Part shown: in pieces, positions 54,856-64,000 of the stretch
How the letters are laid out: each line of letters opens with the position of its first letter
Numbering within the stretch: position 1 is the stretch's first letter
Virus record (IMG/VR): IMGVR_UViG_3300015370_000011
Location: 32,001 to 96,000 of that record
DNA from: a virus
Length of the DNA: 64,000 nucleotides
Reading direction: 5' to 3' (one strand)
The notes under the pieces: generated by a model
Databases searched by the model: none
Seen by the model: only the letters and a program-made list of their open reading frames with translations
What the model was told of the DNA's origin: nothing
Made by a program: the position numbers and the translations under genes

Positions 54856-55145
54856 TGAAAATATATAAAGATTCTATTGGTTTGCTGGTACAGGTGAATT
54901 GTAATGAAGATATATCGAATGCGTCTCAGCTTTTAATATTTGTTAAAAAACCGAGCGGCAGAGTAATCACATGGACCGCGTTTAAAATACAGAATTATCC
55001 GACAAAAATAGGTTATATTACAGTATCGGGAGATTTGGACGAGATTGGGACGTATAAGGTACAGGTACATGTTACATTTCCTAGTTCTGGATGGGTTGGA
55101 TTAGGAGAGACTACGACATTCGAAATCCTAGACGATTTTATGTAG
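54855..55145 (+). CDS. Small Ig-like (BppU N-domain-like) virion protein
   Basis: KKPSG....W......Y.T..GDLDEIGTYKVQ. Confidence 0.65.
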   Translation: MKIYKDSIGLLVQVNCNEDISNASQLLIFVKKPSGRVITWTAFKIQNYPTKIGYITVSGDLDEIGTYKVQVHVTFPSSGWVGLGETTTFEILDDFM

Positions 55146-55164
55146 CTTTTAGGACTGAAATAAA

Positions 55165-55449
55165 ATGAGTAAAGTATACGTCGGTACTATCGGATTAGAT
55201 ATAATTTTAGATACGGGCAGATCATTATCTGAGGCACTTGTTACGAATATAAAAGCAAAGACACCCTCTGGAACAGAAATAGATTGGGTGGGGGTTGTTT
55301 ATGATACAAAGAAGATAAAGTATACGACTGTAGCTAATGATTTAGATGAGCCCGGATCTTACATACTTCAAGCGTATATTGTTTTATATAGTGGTTTTGT
55401 AGGAAGAGGGGATAGCGTTCGCTTGAAGGTGGAAACACAATTTAAGTAA
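55165..55449 (+). CDS. Paralog of preceding Ig-like virion protein
   Basis: KTPSG....W......YTT..NDLDEPGSYILQ. Confidence 0.65.
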   Translation: MSKVYVGTIGLDIILDTGRSLSEALVTNIKAKTPSGTEIDWVGVVYDTKKIKYTTVANDLDEPGSYILQAYIVLYSGFVGRGDSVRLKVETQFK

Positions 55450-56360
55450 TGCCTACCTGGAAAAAACCATATTTAGTCAGAAGATCTACAAAGATTCTAT
55501 CCTTTGCGGTGCGGCAGAATTTTACCCTATTGGAAACGGGTGGAGAAGCCTGTTATTTGTTACAGCGAAAATCTGCTTCTAGTTCACCTTTTCAATTACA
55601 ATCCAGGAAAGTAGATACAATTGATAAAGCTATAGTTTCGGGATACGGGGCGGATCCGGATACAGGACATTTGCGATATCTTCTCTGGCGGGAAGGAAGA
55701 GATGATGCAGACGAATATCCGGATATCAGATCGGTTGTTACTACGGTAACCATTCCTGCCTCTGGTTCGGCAGTTTGGGAAGCGTCTGTAGACAAGTATT
55801 CATTCATAGCCGATAGACAAGAGTATACATTTGATATTATCCAAGATGAATTGGACTCATCTGGAAATGAAATAGATGATTCTGTGTATATTGTGTTCAA
55901 TACTCCACCATTTACAACTAATGGAACGGTTTTATTGAATTATGGGTCTATAAACCCATTGGTTAACTTTGCTGGGTTACAGCCGGTCAGGGATAATCAA
56001 GAGGGGTATCAATTATCCCTATTTGGCTTTGATCAGTGGAGATCTCCTAATTCACGTATCAGAAGAAGAATAGCACCAAATGCGTTTTTGCTAGCTTTTC
56101 CTGGTGTCCTAGCAGATTTTAGAATAACCGATGGTGGTTTGTTACGAGAAACGCGAGCGGCTTTTTGGACTACACCACCCCCGTATAGTCCAAAAGTAGA
56201 GGAACACGATGTAATTGTTAGATCCTCTACGACACAACGGTTTCAACTGGTAAATTATACACCAGTTTATATAGAAAACGTACTAGTATCTCAGGAATTT
56301 GATATGGTGGAACTAGATCCAAGATCCAGTATCTATAATATTCCGATAGATGAAGGTTAA
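55449..56360 (+). CDS. Neck/head-closure protein
   Basis: Position before tail terminator; WTTPPP.SPKVEEHDVIVR. Confidence 0.5.
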   Translation: MPTWKKPYLVRRSTKILSFAVRQNFTLLETGGEACYLLQRKSASSSPFQLQSRKVDTIDKAIVSGYGADPDTGHLRYLLWREGRDDADEYPDIRSVVTTVTIPASGSAVWEASVDKYSFIADRQEYTFDIIQDELDSSGNEIDDSVYIVFNTPPFTTNGTVLLNYGSINPLVNFAGLQPVRDNQEGYQLSLFGFDQWRSPNSRIRRRIAPNAFLLAFPGVLADFRITDGGLLRETRAAFWTTPPPYSPKVEEHDVIVRSSTTQRFQLVNYTPVYIENVLVSQEFDMVELDPRSSIYNIPIDEG

Positions 56361-56363
56361 TCA

Positions 56364-57008
56364 ATGGCTATCACTACGTATTTTCGCGGTATTCGATTCA
56401 TAAAGGATTATATCCGGAAATATCTCTTGTCTATTTTCTATGCGGCTAAAAAAGAACAAATTACGTTTACTGATGGGTATAAACATATAAAATTCTCGCG
56501 AGACGTTGAGGTAATCAAGCGTGCTTCTTGGGATTTTAGAAAGATTCCAGCTGTGCTAATCGGAGATGCTCGGGTAGAGTATCAAGTAAAGTCTATAGCC
56601 AAGGATTTTGTAGACGAATCTCAGTACAATGAAACAGGCAATCCGTTTAATGACGTGGTTCCTCAAACCGATCAAAGAGTTTCGGGTGGAGATATTAGTA
56701 TAACCCTTTCTTTAGATATACGCGCTACTACCACAGAAGAACGAGATAATTTAGCAGATATTGTATGTCTTTATTTGGCACACCCAGATGCTAAGGATTA
56801 TCTGCTAAAACAAGGGATAGCTATAGAAGGCGCACCGTCCGTTAGTGGGGAAAAAGAAATTGCGGAACCAAATACGGATTATCCTATTTATTCTTCTATG
56901 CTTACTGTTAGATTTATTACTCCCTGGAGAACATATATGGATGCAGATCCAACGCTGGAAGCAATTCTTGTGGATATTGAAGCTGAACTGGACTTCGACG
57001 CCAGTTAA
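56364..57008 (+). CDS. Tail completion/terminator protein
   Basis: Directly upstream of sheath; IPAVLI, LDIRATTTEERDNLADIV. Confidence 0.6.
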   Translation: MAITTYFRGIRFIKDYIRKYLLSIFYAAKKEQITFTDGYKHIKFSRDVEVIKRASWDFRKIPAVLIGDARVEYQVKSIAKDFVDESQYNETGNPFNDVVPQTDQRVSGGDISITLSLDIRATTTEERDNLADIVCLYLAHPDAKDYLLKQGIAIEGAPSVSGEKEIAEPNTDYPIYSSMLTVRFITPWRTYMDADPTLEAILVDIEAELDFDAS

Positions 57009-57074
57009 ATTATATTCCGGCTAATGGACTAAACTGTTCTAAGATTGTTGATTTTTCTATACTAGGAGACCAAC

Positions 57075-58442
57075 ATGGCTTTAAGAGTCCCAGGAGCTAT
57101 AGTTACTATTACGAACGATACGGGTATTATAGCCGCTCCTTTGTTTGAGCGTTTTCCGGTTATTATTGGACAGGGAGATCCGTTTAGAATTGTTAGGAAT
57201 CAAGAGGTTGTTAGAAGTTCCGGGGTTGTTGATCAGCTTCGCAGTGTAACAACCATAAATGAGATCGTGTCTGTTGGGGATCTGCCGAATATTGCCAATT
57301 ATACCGCTGTAACAGATTATGTTCTGGCTGCTGGAAATACGATTAGTTGGAATGGAGCTTCTGATAGCCCTACATTGGGAGAAACATATTACGTCACGTT
57401 TACCGAAAGTCGGCCTGCTTCTGCGTATGATCCGATGCTGTACTATGACGAAAATCTGATATATGCAAATCATGGAGAAGGTTGGAGAACGAATGGAAAT
57501 ATCAATGATGTTTCTGTGGGTGGTTCTCTGGCTTTGAATGCCGGTGCAAACGGTGTAATTATTGCTCAACTAGATTTATCTGCTTTGACCGATCCGGATA
57601 CCCCCTCTTTGGCAGATTTGGAGACGGCATTTATTGCTGTTCGGAATAAACTAGATGAAATCACGGACTATAAGCTATTTCTAATCCCGATGTCCAGTGG
57701 GACGCTCGCTACAACTACGGCTGCGAGTATCTTTTTCAATCACGCTGTTCTTGCATCACAACCAGAGAACAAGCAAGAAAGAACTGTGCTTGCTGCGCTA
57801 GGTAGTGGTACAACGTATCAACAATTTGCCACATACGCGCAAGCATACGCGCATGAACGGATGAGTGTTCCGGCTATTCCGGATGCGACGGTATCCGTGG
57901 TTGGTTACGCAGGAAGCACCTATGATATGCGTTTTTACAATGCGGCTCTATCCGGGTTAATTTGTTCCAGAGGGATAGGAATAGAGGTATCTGGAGAAAT
58001 TGTTCCTGGGATCACATTTGAAAGGAATTATACTCCAAAAGAGTTGAAATATCTGGTACAACGGGGTGTTTCTCCTGCTAATATTCGAGGAGAAGTAGTT
58101 CGAAATGTGCTAGCTATAACCACGGATACCACAAATGCGCTTACTGAAAGTCTTGGTGTTCAGGATGTCAAAGATTATGTGAAGAAATACTGGAGAGAGG
58201 CGTTATTCGCTGCATACAAGAATCGTAGGATTAACAGAAATCTACTTGCACAGATTAGAAGTTCGTCTATAAACATTCTAGAGCAGCTTATTGCTGATGA
58301 AATAATTGCGGATCAACGCGCGGTATCGGTTTCGCAAGATATCTCTGAACCTAGAAAAGTCAACATATATGGTAAGATCCAGCCAGGATATGGTCTACAA
58401 TGGATGGACGTAAACTTCGTATTTGTTCTATCGTTTAGCTAG
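57075..58442 (+). CDS. Contractile tail sheath protein
   Basis: N-terminal RVPGAIV; LVQRGVSP, AITTD, C-terminal IQPGYGLQWMDVNF; precedes tube gene. Confidence 0.88.
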   Translation: MALRVPGAIVTITNDTGIIAAPLFERFPVIIGQGDPFRIVRNQEVVRSSGVVDQLRSVTTINEIVSVGDLPNIANYTAVTDYVLAAGNTISWNGASDSPTLGETYYVTFTESRPASAYDPMLYYDENLIYANHGEGWRTNGNINDVSVGGSLALNAGANGVIIAQLDLSALTDPDTPSLADLETAFIAVRNKLDEITDYKLFLIPMSSGTLATTTAASIFFNHAVLASQPENKQERTVLAALGSGTTYQQFATYAQAYAHERMSVPAIPDATVSVVGYAGSTYDMRFYNAALSGLICSRGIGIEVSGEIVPGITFERNYTPKELKYLVQRGVSPANIRGEVVRNVLAITTDTTNALTESLGVQDVKDYVKKYWREALFAAYKNRRINRNLLAQIRSSSINILEQLIADEIIADQRAVSVSQDISEPRKVNIYGKIQPGYGLQWMDVNFVFVLSFS

Positions 58443-58453
58443 GAGGCACGCAT

Positions 58454-58906
58454 ATGGCTCCACAGAGACAAGTTCCGAATACACAACATAGTGTATTTTA
58501 CTCGTATAGCATCCACGTAAATAATAGAGAGATCGGTTCGTTCGAGAAATTTTCTTCCAGATCTTCGCGCACGACTGAAAGGATTCGAGAAATTTTATTT
58601 TCCCGTGGGGCAGAAGTGAAAGAAATCGTTTGGGGTGGTACAGATATCTCCATCGATCTAAGTCGTGTTGAAATGTATAAAAAGGCGATGTTTGAAGCGT
58701 TCGGATTTGAAATCTTTTCGCTAGAAGACTTTAATCAGCCAGTAAGCATAACAGAATACCAGACAAATCCGAATAATAGTCAACGAATAATAACTTACGA
58801 AGATGCAGTCGCTTCTGAATGGTCTAAAGATGTGGATACTGGAACTGTCCGGATTGTTGAAAGTATGACTTTCCAGGTACGGACCATTCGAGGGCAACGA
58901 ACCTAA
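58454..58906 (+). CDS. Tail tube protein
   Basis: 150 aa after sheath; IHVNNREIG, ITYEDAVASEWS, IVESMTF. Confidence 0.8.
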   Translation: MAPQRQVPNTQHSVFYSYSIHVNNREIGSFEKFSSRSSRTTERIREILFSRGAEVKEIVWGGTDISIDLSRVEMYKKAMFEAFGFEIFSLEDFNQPVSITEYQTNPNNSQRIITYEDAVASEWSKDVDTGTVRIVESMTFQVRTIRGQRT

Positions 58907-58918
58907 CCAGGACGAAAC

Positions 58919-59425
58919 GTGACAACCAAACCAGATTTTTCAGAAACGCCTAAAACCCCCACCGTCTCTAAAAGAAGTATATCAGTATTGGACGATTTGT
59001 TCAATCTTGGATATACTACATCAGGGGATATCCTTCTCTATGAACATGAAGACAAGAGAATTTCTGCTGCGTTTAGAACATTAGTACCTGCTGAATTACG
59101 AGACGTACACGAGTGTATTGGTGCGTATAGTAGTATTGGAGCAAAGATTATTACGGAACAAATTGAATTATTGGCAAGAGGGGTTGTTATGATAAATAAC
59201 ATGCCGTTGATTCTAGATCAGCATGATCGAGAAGAACTCGCAAAGAAGGATAATGTCAAGGATCCTTCCCCACTTGAACAAGCACGGTATATCCTACTGC
59301 ATAAGCTAAACTCTAAGCCTGTGCTGGATTTGTTATATGGGGCGTATATGGAATTCCTTGGAAATATTGATAAAGAATTCGAAGAGATTAAAAAAAAATT
59401 GAAGAAGACGGAGCCTTCCGCTTAG
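58919..59425 (+). CDS. Tail assembly chaperone (gpG-like)
   Basis: Between tube and tape measure; ends in an A9 slippery run. Confidence 0.75.
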   Translation: MTTKPDFSETPKTPTVSKRSISVLDDLFNLGYTTSGDILLYEHEDKRISAAFRTLVPAELRDVHECIGAYSSIGAKIITEQIELLARGVVMINNMPLILDQHDREELAKKDNVKDPSPLEQARYILLHKLNSKPVLDLLYGAYMEFLGNIDKEFEEIKKKLKKTEPSA

Positions 59426-59838
59426 ATTTATCTATTATTTCCTTCTTTAAAGTTCTTCCCACTGACCCACGCTATCAAGAACTAAATCTGATTCAGAAAT
59501 TAGTATTAGCGTCTGTAATAGACCAAGATTTCAAGGAAAAAGTAGAATTACTAAAAGGTGTTCTGGATTCTATAAAAGTATATATAAATCCAGAGATTTA
59601 CAAGGCAGAACTAGAAGCCAGAGGAGAGTACGTGGATCCATATAAGAAGGTAAACTCAGATTTTGAACGCCAGAGTAGGATCGGCCATGCTACTGGGTAC
59701 ACAAAACCTTCTCCGGAGATGCGCAAATTCTTAGACAAATTTTATGCTAGAGAAGAAGATTCTCCGGAGACAGTATATCTCTATGGGGAGCAAGGATTGG
59801 TTACAAATCAACTGACGGATGATGAGGCTCTAGGGTAA
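59398..59838 (+). CDS. Frameshift extension of tail chaperone (gpT-like, -1 frame)
   Basis: -1 frame open from the A-run: IEEDGAFRLDLSIISFFKVLPTDPRYQEL...; in frame with track ORF 59632..59838. Confidence 0.8.
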   Translation: MEEDGAFRLDLSIISFFKVLPTDPRYQELNLIQKLVLASVIDQDFKEKVELLKGVLDSIKVYINPEIYKAELEARGEYVDPYKKVNSDFERQSRIGHATGYTKPSPEMRKFLDKFYAREEDSPETVYLYGEQGLVTNQLTDDEALG

Positions 59839-59839
59839 T

Positions 59840-61762
59840 ATGGCAGATCAGTTCAATTTAGATACTATGAAAGAAGCAGTCAAGCTTGCTAGTCAAGTAA
59901 AATTTAATTTAGAAAATATCCAACCAGCAAAGCTTGATACTGAGGCATTAAGAGAGGCTGCCTCTTTTATGGAATTGATGAAGAATAGCAGCGAAATTAC
60001 AAAATCTGATTTTTTCGAGATTAGTCAAGCTATTACTTTATTGGGCAGAGAAAAAGCAAAAATGGCAATGTCCTCCTTTGTTAATCCTACAGATGCAAAA
60101 AACATTAAGAAATTAGAAGAGATGCTCAAAAGTATGGGGGTAAACGCTCGTGCTCTTCAACAAGTTTATGCAGAGCAGTTGAAGATAGTGGGTGGTCAGG
60201 GAACAAAGCTTAAAGATATTTGGAAAGGTATGAAAACTGGACAAAGTTTTTTGAATAAGTATACATCATCACTTACCGGTATAAATATTAGTATAGCTGG
60301 GATTCTTGCGCTTATTTTAAAAGTAAGTAATATAAATGATCGTGTTGGTTCAATGTCTCGGCAGATATCTGCACATTGGGGCGAAGGTGCCAAAAATATT
60401 GGGACCGCTGGGAGTTTAATTTGGGAGGTACAAAGTAAATTTGCGAAAACTGTGGACGAGGCTGGTGCGTATCAAAAGACATTAGCAATGGCGGGTATGG
60501 AACGAGAAGATCAAGTTAAACTAGCAAATGAAATATTGGCTATAGAACAGGAGTACGGTCAAACAGTTGGGCAGCAGCTTCAATACATAACAGGCTTAGT
60601 TGGGAATTTTAAAGAATTGGGTGACCTTGAAAAAGATCGCGCGAAACACTCCACTGTGTATATGGAAACTGTTAGACAAGTTACAAAAGATATACCAATG
60701 TTGAGTATTGAGGAATCCACTAAAGATTGGGCTGATTTGATTAATCTAACAAAAGCATACAATGCAGATTTGCTAGGAACATTGGGTATGTATAAAATAT
60801 TAATGGCGCAAGACTTGGCTAAAGAATTAGGGCTGGGGGACACCCCTAGAGTAATACGTAAGCAAATAGGTGAATTTCTTGTAGGGATGCCTGCGAAGCT
60901 AAGTGATGGATGGAAAGCGGCATTGGGATCATTTATGGAGGGTTCCGAAACAAGAAGTATGGCTGAGAATTTGTTTACATTTGAGAGTGCTCCGATAGAG
61001 CAACAGATTACGGCACTTTCTAAGTTTATAGAGGCGCGGGTACCTGATTTTATGACTTCAGAGGGCATGTATAAGCTTCGTAATGTATTTATGGGAATGG
61101 GCAAAGAAGGCGCGGAAATGGCAAAACATTTATCTGAAGCTTTTGCAGCAGGTAAATTAACAGGGCCCAATTTGGAAAAGGTTTTGTTGAAAATTGGTAA
61201 GGAACGAGAGGCTGCGGGAGAGGCTCAAGCAGCTGCTCAGACCAATATGAATAAACTAATAGCATCTGGGGCGAAAATTGCGAAGAATTTAGTTGGGTTA
61301 GAGCAGCGACTACAGCGTTGGATTGAACTAGAACTATCTGGGCCAATTAGAGAGCTTACAACGGCTATTAGGGATGCTATAGCATGGGCAAAAAGTGAGA
61401 AAATGCCGAAAATACTAAGTTCAAATGTTAAAGAAGGTATGGCTAATATAGCTGATCTATATGTAAGATCACAAAGACAGAGCGCAACACCAGAACAGAT
61501 CGCAAAACTAAAAGAAATAGGAGTATGGAGGGATCCTACTCCAGAATTTTCTCCTGCCGCTATAACCAGAATTGTTTCGAAGGGACAGAAACAGCACGGT
61601 CGGGAAACAGTAAAAAAATGGGCCGAGCAACGTGATTACGATATGCAACGGCTAGCGCAATTCCTATACGAGATGATGCTGGAGGACAAAAATAGAAGGA
61701 TGGCAGTTAAAGAGCCACCAATAACCACTCCCAGAGCTACAACTAAAACATCAGGACCATAA
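59840..61762 (+). CDS. Tape measure protein
   Basis: 640-aa helical Ala/Lys/Glu-rich protein right after the chaperone pair. Confidence 0.75.
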   Translation: MADQFNLDTMKEAVKLASQVKFNLENIQPAKLDTEALREAASFMELMKNSSEITKSDFFEISQAITLLGREKAKMAMSSFVNPTDAKNIKKLEEMLKSMGVNARALQQVYAEQLKIVGGQGTKLKDIWKGMKTGQSFLNKYTSSLTGINISIAGILALILKVSNINDRVGSMSRQISAHWGEGAKNIGTAGSLIWEVQSKFAKTVDEAGAYQKTLAMAGMEREDQVKLANEILAIEQEYGQTVGQQLQYITGLVGNFKELGDLEKDRAKHSTVYMETVRQVTKDIPMLSIEESTKDWADLINLTKAYNADLLGTLGMYKILMAQDLAKELGLGDTPRVIRKQIGEFLVGMPAKLSDGWKAALGSFMEGSETRSMAENLFTFESAPIEQQITALSKFIEARVPDFMTSEGMYKLRNVFMGMGKEGAEMAKHLSEAFAAGKLTGPNLEKVLLKIGKEREAAGEAQAAAQTNMNKLIASGAKIAKNLVGLEQRLQRWIELELSGPIRELTTAIRDAIAWAKSEKMPKILSSNVKEGMANIADLYVRSQRQSATPEQIAKLKEIGVWRDPTPEFSPAAITRIVSKGQKQHGRETVKKWAEQRDYDMQRLAQFLYEMMLEDKNRRMAVKEPPITTPRATTKTSGP

Positions 61763-61774
61763 AAGCAGTAATAA

Positions 61775-62569
61775 ATGGCTCAAAAAAACCCAGCTAAGAT
61801 AGTATTTGATGTTCTTTCTCCTGAAGGGCAGACTGAAAGGTTAACCTTCAGGAAATATGCTGGATCTAAACTTGCACAAGCCGCTGAAGGAGGCTCTCCC
61901 CCTAATCCTGATGTTATTGTTGTTCTAAAGGTCAATCCTGAATCAATATCATACGCGAAACCAAAAATTACGCAAAAGGTTCAAACAGCATCACCTAATC
62001 GGTTTGTTATTTTCGATTGGGGTACGGATTTAACAGTAATGAGCATTTCAGGGAATACAGGCAACTTACTACCGGACATTATTCAAGGTGGATTCAACCC
62101 GTTACAGCCAACCTTTGACGACTTGGCTGCAAAGATAGCTCCGGGGAAACAAGCCGGGGGTGTATCTAATATTATTAGCGGAGTAACCGCTGCGCATGTG
62201 GCTCCTGTAGAAACGGGTATATTGGCAGCAGCCGGCGGAAGCGTTACTCCAGGAGCAGTAAAGGCCCTCGCGCAGCAGGTGCTTATGGGTAAACTATCGT
62301 ATTTTGAACTCATAGGAATGTCCCCTAAATATAAGACTTTTATGCGATTACAAGAATTATACGAAAATTTTGATGCGGATCAAGATGTTCTGACGCTAGA
62401 ACTTGGAGAATCTATTTTTCGTGGGTATTTTCTAGATTTTTCGTTTACGCAAGAGGCAAATAGTCCGTGGAATTGGAAGTATTCAATAGTCTTTAGTGCC
62501 CTACAAGATCTGACCAAGTTTTCCAGACGTGGAGATGATACATTCAAGGAGAATAAATTCTTTGGCTGA
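61775..62569 (+). CDS. Baseplate/tube-initiator protein
   Basis: LKVNPESISY, WGTDLTVMSISGNTG, FRGYFLDFSFTQEANSPWNWKYSIVF. Confidence 0.65.
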   Translation: MAQKNPAKIVFDVLSPEGQTERLTFRKYAGSKLAQAAEGGSPPNPDVIVVLKVNPESISYAKPKITQKVQTASPNRFVIFDWGTDLTVMSISGNTGNLLPDIIQGGFNPLQPTFDDLAAKIAPGKQAGGVSNIISGVTAAHVAPVETGILAAAGGSVTPGAVKALAQQVLMGKLSYFELIGMSPKYKTFMRLQELYENFDADQDVLTLELGESIFRGYFLDFSFTQEANSPWNWKYSIVFSALQDLTKFSRRGDDTFKENKFFG

Positions 62570-64000
62570 TCAAATTGCAGAATTATTGATTAAATCTTTA
62601 TATCGAGGATACACCACATGTGGTCCTGGGCAGGAATACCGTGCGTATCATCCAAAAGTAGCGTTAAATTCATCCAGCTACATAAATGATGTTCCATACA
62701 TCGTTCCGGATAACTTTTTCAGACCAGAGATATATGTTACGATAGATTTTACTCACCGATTTACCTTATCCTCTGAGAAGATCAAAGGTAAACGACCTGT
62801 CCAAGCGCATGTTTTAAAACAGACAGTTGTTAGACTAATAAAATTCTTTAATTATTATATCAGATATGCATATAGCTATGGAAAAAAGGAAGATTCTGGG
62901 GTACTTACTGAGGTAGATTTTGTAACTAAAGCAGCCGCAGGTGGCGACGAAGAAGAACAGTCTTTATTTCTCAATAACATTATAAATTTTTTCCTTACGT
63001 CCATGTCTGTTAATCGTATGAGATCGGACATCGGATCTGCGACGATTACATTGAGAGACAACCCAAATTATAGATACGGTAGGAGGGAAAATATATTTTT
63101 TGACTCTTTAGCGCCGATCCTAAGCCAAGTATTTGTACCAATGCTACCTGTTATGATCTGGGCAAAAGGCAGATTATACAAGGATTGGTATTTTCCTATC
63201 TTTGATGGGTATTTGATGCGTGCTGCGCCAGGAAATAGTGCGGGGTTTACATCTGTTGATCTTAATTGTAGAGACAGTTTAGAGATAGCCCGCATAAGTC
63301 AGGAAATGATAGACCCAGCGATTATTCAGCAAGACGAATACAGGCAGCAATCTAGCATTAACATTTATTCTATGCCGTTGTATGGTAATGACCATATGGA
63401 AATATTCAAGAAAATGTTCCATGGGGGAGCTATCGTTTATAACCCTGAGCAACAGAGATTTAGTAGCGTGGATGAAATAAAAGTATCCAGTGAACGTGAA
63501 CAGAAGGACAGTTTGAAATTTGCTCGTTTAGGAGATTTTGCTTCTGCGGACGAGTACGAGGGTGAAGTCTTTCCTGGGGAAGTAGCAGATAATCGAGGAA
63601 TTCATAAGGATGATTTTAGCATATATTATGCTTTGAATAAAACATCACACAAAAAAAGAAAAAGATACACGGTTAGTTGGGGAAATTCGATAACCCCATA
63701 CAGAATTTTCAACGTTTCGGGGAATGTACCTACGACAACTTCAGAATTTTCTAGTAGGCTGGATATTTTACGAGATATATCTAGTATGGTTTATTATGAT
63801 TTGTACGTTGATGGGTGGGGGAACGTGCAATACCACCCGATGCGGATTGCTAATAATTTTTTAACATATGATATTATGTACATGATCTCAAATAGCGGAG
63901 ACAAGAAACAGTATTGGCATAAAAATACGTTTCCTGGCTGTCAGGTCATTGGACCGGAGGAGATTGTTGCTGTTTCTAAAAATTTGAATATTGAATCAAT
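62562..64000 (+). CDS. Baseplate hub-like protein (partial, runs off window; missed by ORF track)
   Basis: TTG start after AAGGAG; MADQIAELLIKSLYRG...SVNR....GSATITL...IFDGY......VDLNCRDSL; no stop in the ~750 bp I translated, and its absence from the ORF track fits an ORF running off the edge. Confidence 0.65.
   Translation, partial: MADQIAELLIKSLYRGYTTCGPGQEYRAYHPKVALNSSSYINDVPYIVPDNFFRPEIYVTIDFTHRFTLSSEKIKGKRPVQAHVLKQTVVRLIKFFNYYIRYAYSYGKKEDSGVLTEVDFVTKAAAGGDEEEQSLFLNNIINFFLTSMSVNRMRSDIGSATITLRDNPNYRYGRRENIFFDSLAPILSQVFVPMLPVMIWAKGRLYKDWYFPIFDGYLMRAAPGNSAGFTSVDLNCRDSLEIARISQEMIDPAIIQQDEYRQQSSINIYSMPLYGNDHMEIFKKMFHGGAIVYNPEQQRFSSVDEIKVSSEREQKDSLKFARLGDFASADEYEGEVFPGEVADNRGIHKDDFSIYYALNKTSHKKRKRYTVSWGNSITPYRIFNVSGNVPTTTSEFSSRLDILRDISSMVYYDLYVDGWGNVQYHPMRIANNFLTYDIMYMISNSGDKKQYWHKNTFPGCQVIGPEEIVAVSKNLNIES

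Noticed and set aside
57075-64000. Extracellular contractile injection system or tailocin
   Set aside because: Terminase, portal, protease and capsid genes are present, so this is a phage morphogenesis module
1-64000. Stop-codon reassignment (alternative genetic code)
   Set aside because: Recognisable genes are full length in code 11, and TAA, TAG and TGA all end genes at coupled junctions
1-64000. tRNA/rRNA genes or a diversity-generating retroelement
   Set aside because: GTTCGA hits I noticed lie inside CDSs without cloverleaf context; no reverse transcriptase or TR/VR pair was seen by eye

Overview
The window is part of a large tailed (contractile-tail, myovirus-type) phage genome with two divergent arms separated by a ~650 bp repeat-rich intergenic region (24376-25055). 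The leftward arm (minus strand, 1-24375) holds replication genes: a sigma-like protein, a stand-alone primase Zn finger, a DnaB-like helicase, a DnaC-like loader, an SF2 helicase and RuvC. A ~19 kb glycan-building cluster sits inside this arm: 11 glycosyltransferases including two GT10 fucosyltransferase-like enzymes, 2 sulfotransferases, 6 SAM methyltransferases, Gmd, a DegT aminotransferase and a cupin. The cluster has no visible membrane, flippase or export gene. The rightward arm (plus strand) carries a metallopeptidase, DNA methyltransferase, sigma factor, a spanin-like pair, an RmlA-like nucleotidyltransferase, a Zn-ribbon/WYL protein, terminase, an intein-containing portal, amidase, a PD-(D/E)XK nuclease, prohead protease, scaffold, major capsid, neck proteins, a free-standing LAGLIDADG endonuclease, large Thr/Gly-rich virion proteins, sheath, tube, a frameshifted tail chaperone, tape measure and baseplate. 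The best candidate for an undescribed system is the phage-encoded, apparently cytoplasmic pathway for a sulfated, methylated deoxysugar glycan whose acceptor (virion protein or DNA) is unknown. All functional calls come from motifs read by eye; no database searches were run.
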